Assembly: GCA_900768345.1 (NCBI GenBank)
Contig: CAAGCO010000009.1
Location: forward strand, 11,080-75,079
Direction: 5' to 3'
Length of the DNA: 64,000 nucleotides
DNA from: Bacilli bacterium
GTDB lineage: Bacteria > Bacillota_I > Bacilli_A > RF39 > UBA660
The stretch's first letter is position 1, and every line of letters starts with the position of its first letter. Below the pieces are notes generated by a model that searched no databases, was not told where the DNA came from, and worked only from the letters and a program-made list of their open reading frames with translations. Positions 10,186 to 19,210 of this stretch are shown here, piece by piece. The translations under genes and the position numbers were made by a program.

Positions 10186-11937
10186 ATGAAAGTAAATAAA
10201 TATCGTACAATTATGATTAGTGACATAACAAACGATATGGTAGGCAAAACTATAGTAGTTAGTGGATGGGTTCAAAACATAAGAGATCACGGAGGAGTAT
10301 TATTTTTAGACCTAAGAGATACAAGTGGAGTGTTACAAACTGTATCAAACGATGACTCAATGTTTAAAAGACTAGCTAAAGAATCAGTTATAAGATTAGA
10401 AGGAACACTTAGAAAAAGAAGTGAAGACACAATAAATGAAAAATTAAAAAGTGGAGAAGTAGAACTATTAGTAAGTAAGTTAGATATGCTAGGTGAGTCA
10501 CTACATGAACTACCATTTGAAATAAGAGAAAGTAAAAGTGTAAGTGAAGACATAAGACTTAAATATAGATACTTAGATATGAGAAATGAAAAAGTAAAAG
10601 ATAATATTTTACTTAGAAGTGAAATACTTCATTATTTAAGAAACAAAATGTATGATTTAAGTTTTACCGAAGTACAAACACCAATCTTAACAGCATCTAG
10701 TCCAGAGGGAGCAAGAGACTTTGTAGTACCAAGTAGAAACTTCAAAGGCAAATTCTATGCTCTTCCTCAAGCTCCACAAATATATAAAGAACTATTAATG
10801 GTTGGAGGATTAGATAAATATTTTCAAGTAGCTCCATGCTTTAGAGATGAAGATGCAAGAAGTGATAGAACACTTGAATTCTACCAACTAGATTTAGAAA
10901 TGAGTTATGTAGAGGAAGAAGAAATATTAGAACTAGGAGAAACACTATTCTATGATGTATTCTCTAAGTACTCTAATAAAAAAGTTTCACCAAAACCATT
11001 TCGAAGAATCAGTTACATGGATTCAATGGAAATGTATGGAACAGATAAACCAGACTTAAGAAACCCACTTATTATTAAAGATATAAGTGATATATTAAAA
11101 GATACTACATTTGGACCATTTAAAAATTCAACAATAAAAGCTATAGTAGTAGATGGTATTGGAGATAAATCAAACTCATGGTTTAATGAAGTAGTTGATT
11201 ATGCTAGTAGTATAGGTATGCCAGGAATAGGTTACTTAACACTAACAAAAGAAGGAACATTCAAAGGACCAATTGATAAATTCTTAACAGATACTGAAAG
11301 AGAAGACTTAATAAAATACTTAGATATGAAAGAAAACAGCGTTGTATTCTTCATAGCTAACAAAGTATTAAAAGTAGCACAAAAATTCGCAGGACTTATA
11401 AGAATAGAACTAGGAAGAAAATTAGATTTAATAGATAAAGATAGAATAGAATTATGTATTATTAATGACTTCCCAATGTTTGAATATGATGATAAAACAA
11501 GAAAATATGAGTTCTGTCACAACCCATTTAGTCTTCCTCATGAAACAAATATAGAGTATAATAAAAATAATGTTGATAAAGTTTTAGCTTATCAATATGA
11601 CTTCGTTTGTAATGGTAACGAAATGGCTAGTGGAGCTATTAGAAATAGTAATTTAGATTCATTAGTAAAAGGATTTGAAGTAGTAGGATACACTAAAGAA
11701 GAAGTAGAAAAACGTTTTAGTAGTTTGTTTACTGCATTTAAATATGGTTGTCCACCTCATGGAGGAATGGCACTTGGAATAGATAGAATACTAATGATTA
11801 TTAAAGATGAAACTAACCTAAGAGAGGTACAAGCATTCCCAGCAAGTACAAGTGGCCAAGACTTAATGATGGGAAGTCCAAGCACTTTAGAACCAAAGCA
11901 ATTAGAAGAATTAGGTATTAAAATAAAGGAGGAATAG
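10186..11937 (+). CDS. aspS: Aspartate--tRNA ligase (bacterial type)
   Basis: 583 aa with motifs LPQAPQIYKELLMVGG, FYQLDLEMS and GIDRILMII, plus the bacterial insertion domain. Confidence 0.93.
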   Translation: MKVNKYRTIMISDITNDMVGKTIVVSGWVQNIRDHGGVLFLDLRDTSGVLQTVSNDDSMFKRLAKESVIRLEGTLRKRSEDTINEKLKSGEVELLVSKLDMLGESLHELPFEIRESKSVSEDIRLKYRYLDMRNEKVKDNILLRSEILHYLRNKMYDLSFTEVQTPILTASSPEGARDFVVPSRNFKGKFYALPQAPQIYKELLMVGGLDKYFQVAPCFRDEDARSDRTLEFYQLDLEMSYVEEEEILELGETLFYDVFSKYSNKKVSPKPFRRISYMDSMEMYGTDKPDLRNPLIIKDISDILKDTTFGPFKNSTIKAIVVDGIGDKSNSWFNEVVDYASSIGMPGIGYLTLTKEGTFKGPIDKFLTDTEREDLIKYLDMKENSVVFFIANKVLKVAQKFAGLIRIELGRKLDLIDKDRIELCIINDFPMFEYDDKTRKYEFCHNPFSLPHETNIEYNKNNVDKVLAYQYDFVCNGNEMASGAIRNSNLDSLVKGFEVVGYTKEEVEKRFSSLFTAFKYGCPPHGGMALGIDRILMIIKDETNLREVQAFPASTSGQDLMMGSPSTLEPKQLEELGIKIKEE

Positions 11938-11939
11938 TA

Positions 11940-12239
11940 ATGAGTAATTTCACAAAAGAAATGATAGATGACTACGCAGATAAATTACTTATTGGTTTAA
12001 CTGAAGAAGAAAGAACTAATATACAAGAAGAATTTGATGAAATAGAAAAAAACATGGATTTAATTAATAAAATACCAAATATTAAAGATACTGAACCTCT
12101 TAGTTACCCATTTGAAATGGTTTTAGATGATTTGAGAAGTGATGATGAAGTAGGAGAAGAAATTCCAATCGAAGAACTTCTTAAAAACTGTGATCAATAT
12201 GAAGGTAGAGAAGTAGAAGTACCAAAGGTGGTGGGATAA
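11940..12239 (+). CDS. gatC: Asp/Glu-tRNA amidotransferase subunit C
   Basis: 99 aa and acidic, positioned directly before gatA with overlapping stop/start. Confidence 0.85.
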   Translation: MSNFTKEMIDDYADKLLIGLTEEERTNIQEEFDEIEKNMDLINKIPNIKDTEPLSYPFEMVLDDLRSDDEVGEEIPIEELLKNCDQYEGREVEVPKVVG

Positions 12240-13690
12240 TGATAACTAAAAGTATAAAAGAATTACATGAAGATTTATTAAATAAAAAAGTTACTTCAAA
12301 AGAGCTTATAGATGAATCATTAGAAAAATGTCATAGTATACAAGATAAAACTAATGCCTTTGTTACTATTATAGATGATATTAAAGAGACTGAAGTAACA
12401 AATGAACTAGTAAGTGGTATTCCATATGGTATTAAAGATAACTTTTCTACTAAAGATATCTTATCAACTGGAAGTTCTAATACATTAAAAGATTATGTTC
12501 CATTCTTTGATGCAACTGCTGTAGCTAACTTAAAGAAAAAAGGTGCGGTAGGTGTTACTAAGACAGTTATGGATGAACTTGGTATGGGTGGTACTGGTAC
12601 AACAGGACACACAGGAATAGTTCATAATCCTTGGGACCTAGATAGAATGACCGCAGGTTCTTCAGCAGGTAGTGCAGCATCAGTTGCATGTGGATGTTAT
12701 CCATTTGCTCTAGGTAGTGATACTGGAGACTCGATTCGTAAACCAGCAGCATACTGTGGAATAGTTGGATACAAACCAACATATGGTATGATTTCAAGAT
12801 ATGGACTTTTCCCATTCGCGTGTTCACTTGATACAGTAGGAGTACTATCAAGAAGTGTTGAAGATGCTGCAATCGCAGTAGATGCCATGAAAGGTATAGA
12901 TCCTAAAGATATGACATCTTGGGATTCAAGTGATATTGAACTTTATAAAAATTTAAATAAAGACGTTAAAGGTAAAAAACTATTTTATATTAAAGAAATC
13001 TTAGATTTAACTAATTATGAAAATCCAAGTGAAGAATTAAAAAGCCATATGGAAAACTTTAATAAAACAATTGAACTTTGTAAGTCTTTAGGCATAGAAG
13101 TAGATGAAGTATCAATAGATAAAGCATTATTAAATGCAATACCAAGTGTATACGTAGTTATCTCTTGTGCAGAAGCAACAAGTAACATGTCAAACTTAAC
13201 AGGTATTATATTTGGACCAAGAGGTGAAGGAGATAATCCAATGACTATGATGAAAGATCATAGAACAAAAGGATTCTCACCATTAATTAAAAGAAGATTT
13301 GTAATTGGTTCATACGTGCTACAAAAAGAAAACCAAGAAAAATACTTTATAAATGCTAAAAGAGTAAGAAGATTAATAGTAGATAAAATGAATGAATTAT
13401 TTGAAAACTATGATGGTTTAATTCTTCCCGTTGGAAGTGGACCTGCTAAATTCATTGAAGGAAGCAAAAATGCTCTTTCAAGTTCAAATAATGTTTTAGA
13501 AGATCACTTACAAATAGGTAACTTCGGTGGTTTTCCATCAATTACCATACCAAATGGATTTATAAATAACTTACCAGTAGGTGTAAATATAACTGGAAAA
13601 GTAAAAGATGATATAAATGTTTTAAATATTGCATATGCTCTTGAAAGTAATATGGAATATAAAAATCAAACAGCAAAGGAGGTACTATAA
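12239..13690 (+). CDS. gatA: Asp/Glu-tRNA amidotransferase subunit A
   Basis: Amidase signature (TAGSSAGSAASVA, GSDTGDSIRKPA). Confidence 0.93.
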   Translation: MITKSIKELHEDLLNKKVTSKELIDESLEKCHSIQDKTNAFVTIIDDIKETEVTNELVSGIPYGIKDNFSTKDILSTGSSNTLKDYVPFFDATAVANLKKKGAVGVTKTVMDELGMGGTGTTGHTGIVHNPWDLDRMTAGSSAGSAASVACGCYPFALGSDTGDSIRKPAAYCGIVGYKPTYGMISRYGLFPFACSLDTVGVLSRSVEDAAIAVDAMKGIDPKDMTSWDSSDIELYKNLNKDVKGKKLFYIKEILDLTNYENPSEELKSHMENFNKTIELCKSLGIEVDEVSIDKALLNAIPSVYVVISCAEATSNMSNLTGIIFGPRGEGDNPMTMMKDHRTKGFSPLIKRRFVIGSYVLQKENQEKYFINAKRVRRLIVDKMNELFENYDGLILPVGSGPAKFIEGSKNALSSSNNVLEDHLQIGNFGGFPSITIPNGFINNLPVGVNITGKVKDDINVLNIAYALESNMEYKNQTAKEVL

Positions 13691-15120
13691 TGGCATATAA
13701 AGCAGTAATAGGTTTAGAATTTCACTGCGAAATGAAATCTAATACAAAAGTATTCTCAAATGCAAGAAATAGTTTCTCAAAAGTAGCTAATGAAAATGTT
13801 GCTCCTGTAGATATGGCTTTTCCAGGAACATTACCAGTAGTAAACAAAACATGTGTTAAAAAGGCATTAATGATGTCAATGATACTTAATTGTAAACAAC
13901 CAGAATACATGGAATTTGATAGAAAAAATTACTACTATCCAGATCTACCTAAAGGATATCAATTAACACAATTCTTTAATCCAGTAGGTGTAGATGGAAA
14001 AATAGAAATAGATGTAAATGGTACTAAGAAAGAAGTACTAATTCATGATATACATTTAGAAGAAGATGCAGCATCACTTGATCACTATTACAATACTTCA
14101 ACAATTGACTATAATAGAGCAGGTGTACCTCTTCTAGAATTAGTAACAGAGCCATGCCTTCATTCAGCAGATGAAGCTCTAGCATTCCTAGAACATGTAA
14201 AAAGTATTTATGAATATACTGATATTTCAGAATGCGATACTAAAAAAGGACAAATAAGAGCAGATGTAAACGTATCAATAATGGATGAAGATTCTACTGA
14301 ATTTGGAACAAAAGTAGAAGTTAAAAATGTAAATAGTTTTGATGCTATTAGAAAAACTATTAACTATGAAATTAAAAGACAGTCAGAACTTAAAGATGCT
14401 GGACGCTATGATGAAGTAGTACAAGAAACAAGAAGATGGGATGATGAATCAGGAACTACTATTCATATGAGAAGTAAAGCTGATGCAATAGATTATAAAT
14501 ACTTCACAGAACCAAACATTCCAAAATTTAGAATTACTAAAGAATTACTAGATGAAGTAAGAAGTAAAATACCAGTACTAGCTCATGAAAGAAAAGAAAA
14601 ATATATAAATGAATATGGACTTTCTGAATATGATGCCGGAGTACTTACTAAAGATAAAAAAATATCTGACTATTTTGAAGAATGTGTATCATTAAAATGT
14701 GATCCAAAAAGTGCATGTAACTGGATTACAACTAGAGTACTAGGAGAACTAAATAAGAGCGAAGAAAATAATATAGATGATTTATATATAAGACCAAACA
14801 TGATAGTAGAACTAGTTACACTTGTTAATGATAAAAAAATATCATCGGACCAAGCTAAAAAAGTATTTACTAAAATGTTAGAAGAAAGCTTAACTCCAAA
14901 AGAAATAGTTAAAAAATATGATATGGAAGTTATAGAAGATGCAGGTCTTATAGAATCATTAGTAAATGAAGTAATAAGTGAAAACGCAAAAGCTATAGAA
15001 GACTACCATAACGGAAGAACTAATATGTTAGATTATCTAGTTGGACAAGTAATGAAAAAATCAAAAGGAAAAGCTAATCCAGTAGAAGCAAAAGCTAAAA
15101 TGTTAGAAAAGATAAACTAA
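13690..15120 (+). CDS. gatB: Asp/Glu-tRNA amidotransferase subunit B
   Basis: VIGLEFHCEM N-terminus and a C-terminal YqeY-like tail. Overlaps the gatA stop. Confidence 0.93.
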   Translation: MAYKAVIGLEFHCEMKSNTKVFSNARNSFSKVANENVAPVDMAFPGTLPVVNKTCVKKALMMSMILNCKQPEYMEFDRKNYYYPDLPKGYQLTQFFNPVGVDGKIEIDVNGTKKEVLIHDIHLEEDAASLDHYYNTSTIDYNRAGVPLLELVTEPCLHSADEALAFLEHVKSIYEYTDISECDTKKGQIRADVNVSIMDEDSTEFGTKVEVKNVNSFDAIRKTINYEIKRQSELKDAGRYDEVVQETRRWDDESGTTIHMRSKADAIDYKYFTEPNIPKFRITKELLDEVRSKIPVLAHERKEKYINEYGLSEYDAGVLTKDKKISDYFEECVSLKCDPKSACNWITTRVLGELNKSEENNIDDLYIRPNMIVELVTLVNDKKISSDQAKKVFTKMLEESLTPKEIVKKYDMEVIEDAGLIESLVNEVISENAKAIEDYHNGRTNMLDYLVGQVMKKSKGKANPVEAKAKMLEKIN

Positions 15121-15147
15121 AAGTACTTATATTAAGTACTTTTTTTG
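15121..15147 (+). terminator. Rho-independent terminator after gatB
   Basis: aagtactta-tat-taagtactt palindrome followed by TTTTTT. Confidence 0.75.
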
Positions 15148-15213
15148 TAAATAAAATTATAAAGTATAATAAATTATTTTAAAGCGTGATATAATTATTT
15201 TGGAGAATGATAT

Positions 15214-16251
15214 ATGAAAAAGTTTATAAGAAGTATTATTTGTTTTATAGTTGTTGGTACTATTTTAGGATTACTAACGTATTTTCTTTCTTTAAATGAA
15301 AAACTATATAAGTTAATTAATAAATCTAGTGTTAATATTGGAAATATTTATGTTGAAAAATTTAAAGTTAAAATAATAGATGAAACTAGTAAAAGTAGAC
15401 CTTATGCAGTATCAATTAATAATAATCATGCAGCTTGGCCACATGCAGGTTTACAAGATGCTTATTTAGGTTATGAATTAATAGCAGAGGGTGGAATAAC
15501 TAGATTAATAGCACTATTTAAAGATCAAAATACTGCTAAAATAGGTTCAGTTAGAAGTGCAAGACATTATTTCTTAGATTATGTTATGGAAAATGATGCA
15601 ATTTTTGTACACTATGGACAGTCACCTCAAGCAAAAAAAGATTTAGCATCTCTTAGTATTAATAATGTTAACGGAATGTATAATGCAAAAGGATTCTTTA
15701 GAGATAAAACTCTAAATAGAGCATGGGAACATACAGCATTTACTTCAATAGAAAGAATAAATACAGTTGTAAAATCTAAAAAATATAGAACTACTACAGA
15801 AGAACAATTATTAAAATATAGTCCAATAAAAGTAGATCATTCAAGCGATAGTTCCCTAAAGACTGCAAATAAAGTAACAATAAAATATTCTGATTATCAA
15901 ACAACTTCATATGAATATGATAAAGAAAATATGAATTATAAAATGTTTATGTCAGGAAAATCACATGATGATTTAATTACTAAAAAACAATATACAGTTA
16001 AAAATATAATTACATATCAGGTAAAGAATGCTTCTTTAGGTGATAAAAAAGGAAGACAAGATTTAGAAAACATTGGTAGTGGAGAAGGATATTATATATC
16101 TAATGGGGAAGCTATTAAAATTAAATGGAGTAAATCTTCAAGAAGTTCAAAAACAAAATACACTTTAATGAGTGGGGAAGAATTAGTAGTTAATGATGGC
16201 AACACATGGATACATATTCAACCAAAAGGACAAACATTAAAAATAGAATAA
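15214..16251 (+). CDS. DUF3048 (YerB-like) membrane-anchored protein
   Basis: N-terminal TM helix. The core RPYAVSINNNHAAWPHAGLQDAYLGYELIAEGGITRLIALF resembles the YerB/DUF3048 family as I recall it. Confidence 0.65.
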   Translation: MKKFIRSIICFIVVGTILGLLTYFLSLNEKLYKLINKSSVNIGNIYVEKFKVKIIDETSKSRPYAVSINNNHAAWPHAGLQDAYLGYELIAEGGITRLIALFKDQNTAKIGSVRSARHYFLDYVMENDAIFVHYGQSPQAKKDLASLSINNVNGMYNAKGFFRDKTLNRAWEHTAFTSIERINTVVKSKKYRTTTEEQLLKYSPIKVDHSSDSSLKTANKVTIKYSDYQTTSYEYDKENMNYKMFMSGKSHDDLITKKQYTVKNIITYQVKNASLGDKKGRQDLENIGSGEGYYISNGEAIKIKWSKSSRSSKTKYTLMSGEELVVNDGNTWIHIQPKGQTLKIE

Positions 16252-16343
16252 AAAAAATTTCATAGAATATAATTTAATAAAAAATGTTGAAATATTATTT
16301 TATTAATGTTAGAATAATATTGATAAGAATAAGGAGGAAACCC

Positions 16344-16973
16344 ATGGATAGTATATTAAGCTTTTTAGCAGACAATTATAAATATTTTATGATAGCAGCA
16401 GTAGTTTTATTATTTGCGCTAATCGGTTTCATAGTAGACGGTAAAAAGAAAAAGAAAAATGAGGAGGTAGTTCCAGTACCTAATGTTGATGCTCAAGCTC
16501 AAGCTGCACAAGGAATGGCACCAATGCAGCCAGCTCAAGTACAACCAGCTACACCAGCTCCAGCAGTAGAACAAACAGCTGTAGAACCTGGATTAGTTAT
16601 TGAAGAACCTTCACTAAATAATGTCGAACCTGCAAGTCAAGAATTAAATCTTGATGCATCTGTTCAAGAAGAACAAGGAAGCATATTTGGTACTCCTGAA
16701 ATGCAAGCACCTGCTGCAGTAGAAACAACTGCACCTGATCCTGCAACAGTTGAAGGACCAACATTGGTTATAGAAGATAAAGAGGAAACTCCTGCTCCTG
16801 AAATGGCTGCCCCTACACTAGAACCTGTAGCACCAGCCCCAGTTGAAACAACAGCACCAGTTGCTGAACCAGTTGCTGAACCAACAGTTCAAGAAGTTGC
16901 TCCAACAATGACTGCTCCAGAAATGCCAGCAGCTCCAGCAGCAACTACACCTGAGACACCAATTCAACAATAA
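16344..16973 (+). CDS. Membrane-anchored Pro/Ala/Glu/Val-rich low-complexity protein
   Basis: Start placed at the ATG 6 nt after AGGAGG, not the track's 16284. One TM helix followed by KKKKK, then about 170 aa of PA-rich sequence. Confidence 0.55.
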   Translation: MDSILSFLADNYKYFMIAAVVLLFALIGFIVDGKKKKKNEEVVPVPNVDAQAQAAQGMAPMQPAQVQPATPAPAVEQTAVEPGLVIEEPSLNNVEPASQELNLDASVQEEQGSIFGTPEMQAPAAVETTAPDPATVEGPTLVIEDKEETPAPEMAAPTLEPVAPAPVETTAPVAEPVAEPTVQEVAPTMTAPEMPAAPAATTPETPIQQ

Positions 16974-16980
16974 AAGCATA

Positions 16981-17011
16981 AACTGAAAATAATAATTTTC
17001 AGTTTTATTTT
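16981..17011 (+). terminator. Rho-independent terminator
   Basis: aactgaaaat / attttcagtt stem followed by a T-rich tail. Confidence 0.7.
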
Positions 17012-17048
17012 GCATTAAAAAATGTTATCATTAGTATAGGTGAAAAAT

Positions 17049-18956
17049 ATGAAAAGAGATAATATAATAAAAATACTTTTAATATCCTTTAGTACATTAG
17101 TTTTGTTAAGTATTTTAGGGTATGCATATGCATACTTTAGTCTTCAGATAGAAGGAACGCCTAAAGATGTAATAGTAAGTACAGGAGCTTTAAGACTTGA
17201 ATATAAAGATGAAGCAGAGCTAAAACTAGATGGAGCATTCCCGGGAGATTCAGTTTCAAAAGTAGTTACAGTAAAAAATGTTGGTACAGAAAATGTGGCG
17301 TATTCTTTATACTGGGGCGACTTAATAAATACAATAGAAAACTTTGAACTTCATATAACGCTCGACTGTAAGAGTTATACTAATTATGGTGAAACAACAC
17401 AAGCAGAAAGTGGAACATGCGATAATATCTATAGAGCAGTACCAATGAGCGATACAGTTACTACTGATACAATAAAGGGTAACATATCAATAGGCCCAAA
17501 AATAACACATGAATACTCTATAACAATAACATTTGATGATAAAAACTATGACCAAAGTTATAACAAAAACAAATCATTTAAAGGTAAAATTGGTATACAA
17601 GAATATACAGCTCCAGCAGTAACTAATTGTACATTTGATGGAGAACTTACTCAAGGAGCAGAGTATGTTAATGGTCAATATACTTATAGATATATGCAAG
17701 AAGGCGTATATTCTAATGATTCTTCTTTAGCCTGGGTAGATATAAAAGACAAAGGTTGGGGAGTACAACTTACAGATAAAGACAGTACTGCAGTAGCGAT
17801 AGGAAATGTTTGCACATATATAAATAACGAGCCAGTAATATCTATGTCATACATGTATTCCGACAGTGCAGCTGAATCGATAAACTTATCAAGTTTTAAT
17901 ACCAGCAAAGTAAAAAATATGAAAGCAATGTTTTACAAAGTAACTACAACTACATTAGACACAAGTAGCTTTGACACATCTAGCGTAACTGATATGAGCT
18001 ATATGTTTTATTCACAAGCAACTAAAATAGATGCAAGTGGATTTGATACAAGCAATGTAACTGACATGAGCTATATGTTTAGTTATACGCAAGCAACAAC
18101 ACTGGATTTAAGTTCTTTTAATACAAGCAAAGTTAATAATATGAATAGTATGTTTAGCAGTACAAATGCAACAACAATAGATGTAAGTGGATTTGATACA
18201 AGCAACGTAATAAATATGTCAAATATGTTTTCTGGTTCGAATGTTGTAACGTTAGATTTGAATAATTTTGATACAAGCAATGTAACTGATATGTCAAATA
18301 TGTTTTCTGATGCCGAAGCAACAACTTTAAATGTTAGCAACTTTAATACAAGCAAGGTTAACAATATGAGTAGGATGTTTACTTTTACAAGGGCAACAAC
18401 AATAGATGTAAGTGGATTTGATACAAGTAATGTAACTGATATGTCAAATATGTTTTATAATACCCAAGCAACAACTTTAAATGTTAGCAACTTTAATACA
18501 AGCAAGGTTAACAATATGAATAGTATGTTTAGCAGTACAAATGCAACAACACTAGATTTATCAAATTTTGATACAAGTAAAGTAACAAATATGGGTTCTA
18601 TGTTCTTTGGTTCAAAAGTAAATAATCTGGATTTAAGCAATTTTGATACAAGTAATGTAACTGATATGTCAAATATGTTTTGGTTTTCTTCAGCGAGTGT
18701 AATAGATGTTAGCGGTTTTGATACAAGTAAAGTAACGAACATGGATTATATGTTTTATGATTCAAAAGCTAAAACTATATATGTAAGTGATAAATTTGTT
18801 ACAAATAAAATTACTGTTGCTAATTCAGCCAATATGTTTACAGGAGCAACTAATTTAGTTGGTGGAAATGGAACTAAATACAATAGTTCACATGTAGATA
18901 AAACCTATGCTAGAATAGATACAGCATCTACTCCAGGATATTTCACATCAAAATAA
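17049..18956 (+). CDS. Surface protein: TasA/camelysin-like N-domain fused to DUF285 (BspA-type) repeats
   Basis: ATG at 17049 follows AGGTGA. SipW-cognate-type signal (LGYAYAYFS). The TasA-like pattern is GALRLEY...FPGDSVSKVVTVKNVG. Twelve repeats of about 25 aa follow, of the type xxSxFDTSNVTxMSxMF. Confidence 0.7.
   Translation: MKRDNIIKILLISFSTLVLLSILGYAYAYFSLQIEGTPKDVIVSTGALRLEYKDEAELKLDGAFPGDSVSKVVTVKNVGTENVAYSLYWGDLINTIENFELHITLDCKSYTNYGETTQAESGTCDNIYRAVPMSDTVTTDTIKGNISIGPKITHEYSITITFDDKNYDQSYNKNKSFKGKIGIQEYTAPAVTNCTFDGELTQGAEYVNGQYTYRYMQEGVYSNDSSLAWVDIKDKGWGVQLTDKDSTAVAIGNVCTYINNEPVISMSYMYSDSAAESINLSSFNTSKVKNMKAMFYKVTTTTLDTSSFDTSSVTDMSYMFYSQATKIDASGFDTSNVTDMSYMFSYTQATTLDLSSFNTSKVNNMNSMFSSTNATTIDVSGFDTSNVINMSNMFSGSNVVTLDLNNFDTSNVTDMSNMFSDAEATTLNVSNFNTSKVNNMSRMFTFTRATTIDVSGFDTSNVTDMSNMFYNTQATTLNVSNFNTSKVNNMNSMFSSTNATTLDLSNFDTSKVTNMGSMFFGSKVNNLDLSNFDTSNVTDMSNMFWFSSASVIDVSGFDTSKVTNMDYMFYDSKAKTIYVSDKFVTNKITVANSANMFTGATNLVGGNGTKYNSSHVDKTYARIDTASTPGYFTSK
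17880..18776 (+). repeat. 12 tandem ~75-nt coding repeats (DUF285 / surface-protein repeat)
   Basis: The 24-25-aa periodicity is visible in the translation. Several units share long identical DNA stretches, e.g. caacaactttaaatgttagcaactttaatacaagcaaggttaacaatatga occurs twice. Confidence 0.85.
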
Positions 18957-18974
18957 TAAAAATACTTAAAACTA

Positions 18975-19003
18975 TTGAAATTTATTAATAATTTTGATAG
19001 AAT
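18975..19003 (+). promoter_or_regulatory. Sigma-A-type promoter of the alaS leader
   Basis: TTGAAA, a 17-nt spacer, then TAGAAT. Confidence 0.5.
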
Positions 19004-19009
19004 CTAATA

Positions 19010-19197
19010 CATTGAAAGACGAGTAGAATAAAAATACTTTATAGAGAGTTAGTGGCTGGTGTAAACTAATAAGTACTATATTTGAAGCTACTTTCACTTA
19101 TGAGTTAATAGCTCACGTGGAAATACGTTATATTAATTAAGTTAATTAAAGGATGGTACCGTCTATATGACTCCTTGTGTACTATCCTTTTTTATTT
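19010..19197 (+). promoter_or_regulatory. T-box leader, Ala specifier
   Basis: Stem I agagagttagtggctggtgtaaa. GAA-GCT-A specifier context at 19084-19090. T-box aaaggatggtaccg competes with the terminator arm gtactatccttt plus a U-run. Confidence 0.8.
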
Positions 19198-19210
19198 TAG
19201 GGAGGAAATT

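Noticed and set aside
16284-16343. The longer N-terminal extensions given by the ORF track: 16284, 19175, 36864, 7492, 38856, 53478, 57860 and 22616.
   Set aside because: In each case an internal ATG has a proper Shine-Dalgarno at 5-9 nt and/or yields the conserved family N-terminus. The extension would run through an upstream gene end, a T-box terminator (19175) or a rho-independent terminator (36864).
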